Below, in pieces: positions 36,478 to 41,334 of a DNA stretch of 41,334 nt. Location of the stretch: IMG/VR virus record IMGVR_UViG_3300045988_180547; one strand, written 5' to 3'. Made by a program: the position numbers and the translations under genes. Source of the DNA: a virus. The notes beneath the pieces were generated by a model. That model saw nothing but the letters and a program-made list of their open reading frames with translations, had not been told where the DNA came from and ran no database searches. Position 1 is the first letter of the stretch. The number at the start of each line of letters is the position of its first letter.

Positions 36478-37518
36478 ATGTTAAAAAATATTGCTGCAGT
36501 TGATTTATTCTGTGGTATTGGTGGATTAACACACGGACTTCAACTAGCAGGAATAAAAGTTTTGGCTGGAATTGATATTGATAGTTCATGTAAATATGCT
36601 TATGAAAAAAATAATAATACTATCTTTATAAACAAATCAATTAAAGATATAAAAGTTGAAGATATTTCTTCTCTTTTTTCTAAAAAAGATATTAAAATTC
36701 TTGTTGGATGTGCTCCTTGTCAACCATTTTCAAACTATCAAAAAGATAAAACTATGAAAGTTAAACATAAAGACTGGGATTTACTAAATGAATTTTTACG
36801 TCTCATTTTAGATTGTAATCCTGATATAGTTTCTATGGAAAATGTTCCAACTTTATTAAAAGAAAATATTTTTAATAATTTTGTAAAAGTTTTGGAAGAG
36901 AATAATTATTTTGTTACATATAAAGTTCATGATGCTCAAAATTATGGTGTTCCTCAAAGAAGAAATCGATTAGTACTCCTTGCTTCAAAATTTGGAAAAA
37001 TAGAATTTTTAGATATTAAGGAAAAAAGAAAAACAGTAAAAGAAGCAATTGGAACACTGCCTAAAATTGAAGCTGGAGAAATATATCAAAAAGATTTAAT
37101 CCATCGATCATCAAAATTAAATAATTTAAATTTACAAAGAATAATTGCTTCAATTCCTGGAAAAACATGGGAAATTTGGCCATCAAATTTACTCCCAGAA
37201 TGTTATAAAAGAAAAAGTGGAGCTTCATATAAATCAGTTTATGGAAGAATGAAATGGAACGATGTTTCTCCCACTTTAACAACTCAATTTTATAACTATG
37301 GTACTGGTAGATATGGACATCCAGAACAAAATAGAGCTATTTCTTTAAGAGAAGGGGCTATTTTACAATCATTTCCTAAAAAATATATTTTTATTGAGAA
37401 TGAAAATTTTAAATTTACCGAAATCGCTCGACATATTGGGAATGCTGTGCCCCCTAAATTAGCTGAATATATTGGAAAAACTATAATTAATCATTTAAAA
37501 GAAAGGGAGATTTTATGA
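36478..37518 (+). CDS. dcm: DNA (cytosine-5)-methyltransferase
   Basis: Motif I FCGIGG, IV GCAPCQPFS, VI ENV, VIII QRRNRLVLLA, X GNAVPP; start at 36478 (RBS GGAGGTG, 7-nt spacer) preferred over the ORF-track start at 36451. Confidence 0.9.
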   Translation: MLKNIAAVDLFCGIGGLTHGLQLAGIKVLAGIDIDSSCKYAYEKNNNTIFINKSIKDIKVEDISSLFSKKDIKILVGCAPCQPFSNYQKDKTMKVKHKDWDLLNEFLRLILDCNPDIVSMENVPTLLKENIFNNFVKVLEENNYFVTYKVHDAQNYGVPQRRNRLVLLASKFGKIEFLDIKEKRKTVKEAIGTLPKIEAGEIYQKDLIHRSSKLNNLNLQRIIASIPGKTWEIWPSNLLPECYKRKSGASYKSVYGRMKWNDVSPTLTTQFYNYGTGRYGHPEQNRAISLREGAILQSFPKKYIFIENENFKFTEIARHIGNAVPPKLAEYIGKTIINHLKEREIL

Positions 37519-38561
37519 ATTCTAAAAAAGAAATTATGGAAGAAATTAATAACAATAGAAACCTAGTAGGATATGATACTGTAGATTGGCCTATAGGCTA
37601 TATCAAATCACAATTTGATGCAGCTAGACTTTATGTTCCAACATATCAACGTAGTTTTGTATGGAATAGTACAATAAAATCAAAATTTATAGAATCTATT
37701 TTTATGGGCTTACCCATTCCTTTTTTATTTCTATATAGACATAAAGAAACTGGTACTTTAGAAATTGTTGATGGAGCTCAAAGAATTCAAACATTAGTTG
37801 AATTTTTAAATAATAAGTTAATTTTAAATGATTTAAAAAAACTTAAATCTTTAAATGGAAAAATTTTTAATGACATCCCTGAAAAATATCAAGTTATCTT
37901 TGAAACAACTTCTCTTAGAATTATAGTTTTAGATGAAAAAACTACTGAAAATAATAGAAAAGAAATCTTTAATCGTTTAAATACTACTGGAGAAAAATTA
38001 GAAGAAATAGAAGTAATTTTAGGTTCTTATAGTGGGCCTTTTATTAACTTCTTAAAAAATTGTTCTGAGAATCAACTTTTAAAAAATCTTTGTCCTATTT
38101 CTAAAGAAAAACTTAAAAGAAAAGAAAATATAGAATTAGTTTTAAGATTTTTTGCTTATGCAAATGATTTGGAAATAAATAATGAAAATATTGTAACCCT
38201 AAAAACATATTCTGGAACTGTTTTTCCTTTTTTAGAAAAATATGTAAAAGAAACAACAACCTTTAATAAAAAAGAATTAGAATCTGATTTTATAAATATG
38301 TTAACATTTGTTAAAAATTATTTTCCTCTTGGATTTAAAAAAAGTAAAAAATCTAATTCAACTCCAAGAACAAGATTTGAAGCTATTGCTTTAGGAGTAC
38401 ATTTAGCTTTAAAACAAAATCCAAATTTGACTCCTAACAATATTAATTGGCTAGATGATGAAGAGTTTAAAAAAGTAACAACAACTGATAGTGCTAATAA
38501 TAAATCGAAAGTTATAGAAAGAATTCAATATGTTACTACAAAATTGTTGGAGGCTAAATAA
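37515..38561 (+). CDS. DUF262 (ParB/Srx-fold, GmrS-like) domain protein lacking a DUF1524/HNH half
   Basis: VPTYQRSFVWN and VDGAQRIQTL match the DUF262 signatures; 348 aa; ATGA overlap with the dcm stop. Confidence 0.75.
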   Translation: MNSKKEIMEEINNNRNLVGYDTVDWPIGYIKSQFDAARLYVPTYQRSFVWNSTIKSKFIESIFMGLPIPFLFLYRHKETGTLEIVDGAQRIQTLVEFLNNKLILNDLKKLKSLNGKIFNDIPEKYQVIFETTSLRIIVLDEKTTENNRKEIFNRLNTTGEKLEEIEVILGSYSGPFINFLKNCSENQLLKNLCPISKEKLKRKENIELVLRFFAYANDLEINNENIVTLKTYSGTVFPFLEKYVKETTTFNKKELESDFINMLTFVKNYFPLGFKKSKKSNSTPRTRFEAIALGVHLALKQNPNLTPNNINWLDDEEFKKVTTTDSANNKSKVIERIQYVTTKLLEAK

Positions 38562-39268
38562 TGGCAGAAATTTTTCTTCCTGAATATGAAAAAAGAAAAA
38601 ATGAAGTTCAATATTTTCTAGAAATCTTAAAAAAATTTGATTCCTATGATAAAAAAGCTTCTGGAAAAAAACTATTTAATTTTCAAGAATTTACATATAC
38701 AGATTATTTTAAAATGCTTCGTTCAAGCTTTATATTAATTCTTTATAGTTACATTGAAAATAGTATTTCTTTATTTATGCAGGAACTTTATTCTCATTTA
38801 GAAAGTGAAGATATTTCCTATAGTATGGCTATTGATAATTTAAAAGAATTATACTTAAAGAATCTTTTTGTAGATACTTTTCAAAAAGATGCAAGTTATA
38901 ATACATATGAACGAAAAGCATTAGAACTCATCAAACAAGCTATTGAAGATAAAAAAATGAAATTAACAATTGCAAAATTAAATATTTCAGGAAATGTTAG
39001 TGGTGAGGTAATCAAAAAAATTTGGGAAAACCATGGTATTAAATTTTCATCTAGTTCTAAATCATTATATCCAACAAATCAATATACTGTAGATACCATA
39101 AAAAATCAAAGAAATGCTCTAGCTCATGGAAGAGAATCATTTAAAGAATCTGGAGGTAAATATTCTGTTCTTGATCTAGAAAGATATTATACTGAAATAT
39201 CTAAGTTATTAGATGATTTAAAATTATCTATTAAAAATTTTATTGAGAAGAAAGAATATTTACTTTAA
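38561..39268 (+). CDS. HEPN-motif protein (Rx4HG), putative RNase effector partner of DUF262
   Basis: C-terminal QRNALAHGR fits the HEPN Rx4-6H motif; start overlaps the DUF262 stop (TAATG). Confidence 0.5.
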   Translation: MAEIFLPEYEKRKNEVQYFLEILKKFDSYDKKASGKKLFNFQEFTYTDYFKMLRSSFILILYSYIENSISLFMQELYSHLESEDISYSMAIDNLKELYLKNLFVDTFQKDASYNTYERKALELIKQAIEDKKMKLTIAKLNISGNVSGEVIKKIWENHGIKFSSSSKSLYPTNQYTVDTIKNQRNALAHGRESFKESGGKYSVLDLERYYTEISKLLDDLKLSIKNFIEKKEYLL

Positions 39269-39272
39269 TAAA

Positions 39273-39300
39273 AACAGCCCCTACGCCAATAGGAGCTGTC
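39273..39300 (+). terminator. weak hairpin after the cassette
   Basis: acagcccct-N8-aggagctgt, 9-bp stem with 1 mismatch, no U-run. Confidence 0.25.
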
Positions 39301-39411
39301 CAAGCATACTAATAACCAAAGTTACTAATATACATTACCACAATAATAGTATATCACGACTTTGGTTATTTTGTAATACACAAAATCAAAAAAATGGAGA
39401 GTGATATTATG

Positions 39412-40428
39412 AAAAAACCAAATGGGCTTGGAACTGTCTATAAGATGTCAGGAAATAGGCGAAAACCATTCAGAGCTGTTATTACAACAGGCTATGATAT
39501 AGTAGGAACTCAAAAAAGATTTACAATAGGATATTATGCTACCAGAAAAGAGGCTGAAAAAGCTTTAGCATCTTATGAATATAATCCTGAAAAATTAAAA
39601 AATTCTAAATTAACTTTTAAAGATGTTTATGACAAATGGAGTGAATCTCATTTCCCTAAACTTCAACCAAATACAGTAGAAGTTACTATGTCTTATGCAA
39701 AAAATTTAATTCCACTACATGATATTCCCTTTGTAGAAATTAAAGCTATTCAACTTCAAGACTTATTTAATAAATTAGAAATATCAGCAGCAAGTAAAGC
39801 AAAAGTTAAAAATATAATCAATGCCATGTATAAATATGCTTTAAAATATGAAATAGTAGACAAAGATTACTCTGCTCTAATTGACCTTGGGAAAAGAGAA
39901 AAAGTTATTCAAAGAAAAGTATTTACAGATGAAGAGATATCAAAATTATGGAAATATAAAGATTTATATTGGGTAGATACAATTCTAATAATGATTTATT
40001 CTGGTATGAGAGTAGGAGAGCTTTTGGGACTTAAAAATGAGCATATTGATTTAGAAAATAGGATTATAGTAGGGGCTGGAATTAAGACTGAAGCTGGAAA
40101 AAATAGAGTTATTCCTATCAATAGAAAAATTTTACCTCTCATCCAAAAACATATGAGAGCAGATAAAACTTTTTTATTTGCAACTAAAACTAATAGACCT
40201 GTTCTTTATGATAATTATAGAAAATCTTTTATGTCTGTAATGGATAAATTAGAAATGACTCATACTATCCATGACTGTAGACATACCTTTGCAACTTTAT
40301 TAAATAATGCTGATGCCAATCCTACAGCTATTAAAAATATAGTTGGACATACTAGCTTTGAAACAACAGAAAAAATTTATACACATAAAAATATAGAAGA
40401 ACTTAAAAAGGCTATTGATTTAATCTGA
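39412..40428 (+). CDS. int: tyrosine site-specific integrase
   Basis: C-terminal catalytic region HDCRHTFAT...GHTSFETTEKIYTH (H-x-x-R...Y); start at 39412 (MKKPNG, RBS GGAGAGTG) preferred over 39394. Confidence 0.85.
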   Translation, partial: KKPNGLGTVYKMSGNRRKPFRAVITTGYDIVGTQKRFTIGYYATRKEAEKALASYEYNPEKLKNSKLTFKDVYDKWSESHFPKLQPNTVEVTMSYAKNLIPLHDIPFVEIKAIQLQDLFNKLEISAASKAKVKNIINAMYKYALKYEIVDKDYSALIDLGKREKVIQRKVFTDEEISKLWKYKDLYWVDTILIMIYSGMRVGELLGLKNEHIDLENRIIVGAGIKTEAGKNRVIPINRKILPLIQKHMRADKTFLFATKTNRPVLYDNYRKSFMSVMDKLEMTHTIHDCRHTFATLLNNADANPTAIKNIVGHTSFETTEKIYTHKNIEELKKAIDLI

Positions 40429-40517
40429 TTTGACTTTTAAAATGAAATTTGATATACTAAATTTATAAATCGTATGAACTCATACGAAACTATGTCAAAC
40501 CAGATTAAGAGGTAAAA

Positions 40518-40712
40518 ATGAAAAAACATATAAAGAAAATTCTAAATCCAAAGCTCACTCTAGAAGTTAGTGCAGATAAAATATTAGAAAAATATCCTTT
40601 TCACTATGACTACAATAATTCTATCACTGCTACTTTAAGTTCAGACTGGTCTAAAATTGGCAAAGATATTGAGAAGGCTATTTTAAGATATGGTTCGGAA
40701 AACAAAAGATAG
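40518..40712 (+). CDS. hypothetical protein
   Basis: 64-aa ORF with RBS AGAGGT. Confidence 0.35.
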   Translation: MKKHIKKILNPKLTLEVSADKILEKYPFHYDYNNSITATLSSDWSKIGKDIEKAILRYGSENKR

Positions 40713-41112
40713 TCAAAAACAAGTAATTTCAAAGCAATCTCATATAATAGCAGTGGAAAATTATAAAGGGGATATTCCACATCCTAGTATAGTGGCTGGA
40801 TATGAACAAATGTGTCCAGGAGCTACTGAAAGGATTTTAAAAATGGCTGAGAGTGAAACTTACCATAGACAACAATTACAAAATAAAGAATTAGATAATG
40901 CAATTGACTTGAGAACAAAAGAGTTAGAATATAATATAAAATATAATACTAGAGGGCAAATTTTTACTTTTATTCTGTTATTATCTTGTATTCTAGGTGG
41001 AATAATTTTATTATACCTAGGCAGAGATATTGGTGGATATGGAATGCTAATTACTTCAGTTATTTCAGTAGTTGCAATTCTAGTTAATCAATCAAAGAAA
41101 AATGATAAATGA
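40690..41112 (+). CDS. small membrane protein (2 C-terminal TM helices; DUF2335-like)
   Basis: IFTFILLLSCILGGIILLYLG and MLITSVISVVAILV helices; overlaps the previous ORF. Confidence 0.4.
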   Translation: MVRKTKDSQKQVISKQSHIIAVENYKGDIPHPSIVAGYEQMCPGATERILKMAESETYHRQQLQNKELDNAIDLRTKELEYNIKYNTRGQIFTFILLLSCILGGIILLYLGRDIGGYGMLITSVISVVAILVNQSKKNDK

Positions 41113-41196
41113 TTTTACTTACTAAGTACTTGGAATAAAATCCAGGTACTTTTTTATTCATTTATAAACATACCTAAAAGTCTTTAAAATAAAAAT

Positions 41197-41216
41197 AAGG
41201 GGCAAAATGCCCCTTA
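41197..41216 (+). terminator. rho-independent terminator
   Basis: aaggggca-aaa-tgcccctt perfect 8-bp GC-rich stem after the last plus-strand ORF. Confidence 0.55.
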
Positions 41217-41219
41217 ACT

Positions 41220-41246
41220 TATTTGCGTTCTATTTGTGTGCTACCG
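41220..41246. repeat. 27-bp direct repeat B, copy 2
   Basis: Matches 147..173. Confidence 0.55.
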
Positions 41247-41279
41247 CTTAAATTTTTTGTGGTTTTTGGTACTTTTTAT

Positions 41280-41334
41280 TGCTTTCAACTGCCCTAAAAT
41301 AGCCACTTTTATGGTTTAGGTATTATCTTCCCCA
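41280..41334. repeat. 55-bp terminal direct repeat, copy 2
   Basis: Exact match to 1..55. Confidence 0.85.

Noticed and set aside
37515-38561. DUF262 protein as a complete GmrSD-type type IV restriction enzyme
   Set aside because: At 348 aa it has no His-rich HNH/DUF1524 C-terminal domain, and the downstream partner has a HEPN-type rather than His-Me motif
39394-40428. Integrase start at 39394 (MESDIM)
   Set aside because: The second ATG at 39412 has the better-placed RBS. This is a minor coordinate choice only
1-41334. CRISPR array, tRNA at the att site, diversity-generating retroelement, serine DNA invertase
   Set aside because: There are no regularly spaced repeat-spacer units. The 55-bp end repeat and flanks lack tRNA features (no T-loop GTTCGAATC-like motif). 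No reverse transcriptase ORF is present. No Gin/Hin-like roughly 190-aa resolvase ORF was found on either strand

Overview
The window looks like a complete, AT-rich temperate phage genome of about 41.3 kb. It is either an integrated prophage or a circular contig, from a low-GC host of Fusobacterium/Clostridium type; the host call rests only on composition and codon usage. The first and last 55 bases are identical, and a second pair of 27-bp direct repeats lies just inside each end, so the att region falls between the integrase-side small ORFs (40518..41112) and the lysis genes. Coordinates 232..34976 are almost entirely minus-strand genes, read in this order. First comes a cro-like gene, then an antirepressor, a Sak4-type recombination module, a primase-helicase with an iteron-rich origin, and a RuvC-like resolvase. 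Next comes a late activator and then a PBSX-like contractile-tail morphogenesis block: terminase small and large subunits, portal, a MuF minor head protein, scaffold, capsid, head-tail proteins, sheath, tube, chaperone, tape measure, baseplate and tail fibres. A GH24 endolysin and holin candidates close the block. The plus strand from 35201 carries a cI-like repressor, an ImmA-type metallopeptidase, a three-gene cassette and a tyrosine integrase. The cassette is translationally coupled and consists of a C5-cytosine methyltransferase, a DUF262-domain protein and a HEPN-motif protein. Two observations stand out. The first is this methyltransferase-DUF262-HEPN cassette, a candidate prophage-encoded defence or exclusion system that I cannot match to a named system without a database search. 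The second is a tail-fibre C-terminus switch: a 986-bp segment bounded by perfect 18-bp inverted repeats holds two convergent alternative fibre tips, and no serine invertase is present in the window. Further points of interest are a MuF protein with a C-terminal HExxH extension, a secreted-protein moron inside the tail operon, twin terminators that are stable only on the minus strand, and a degenerate ImmA fragment.
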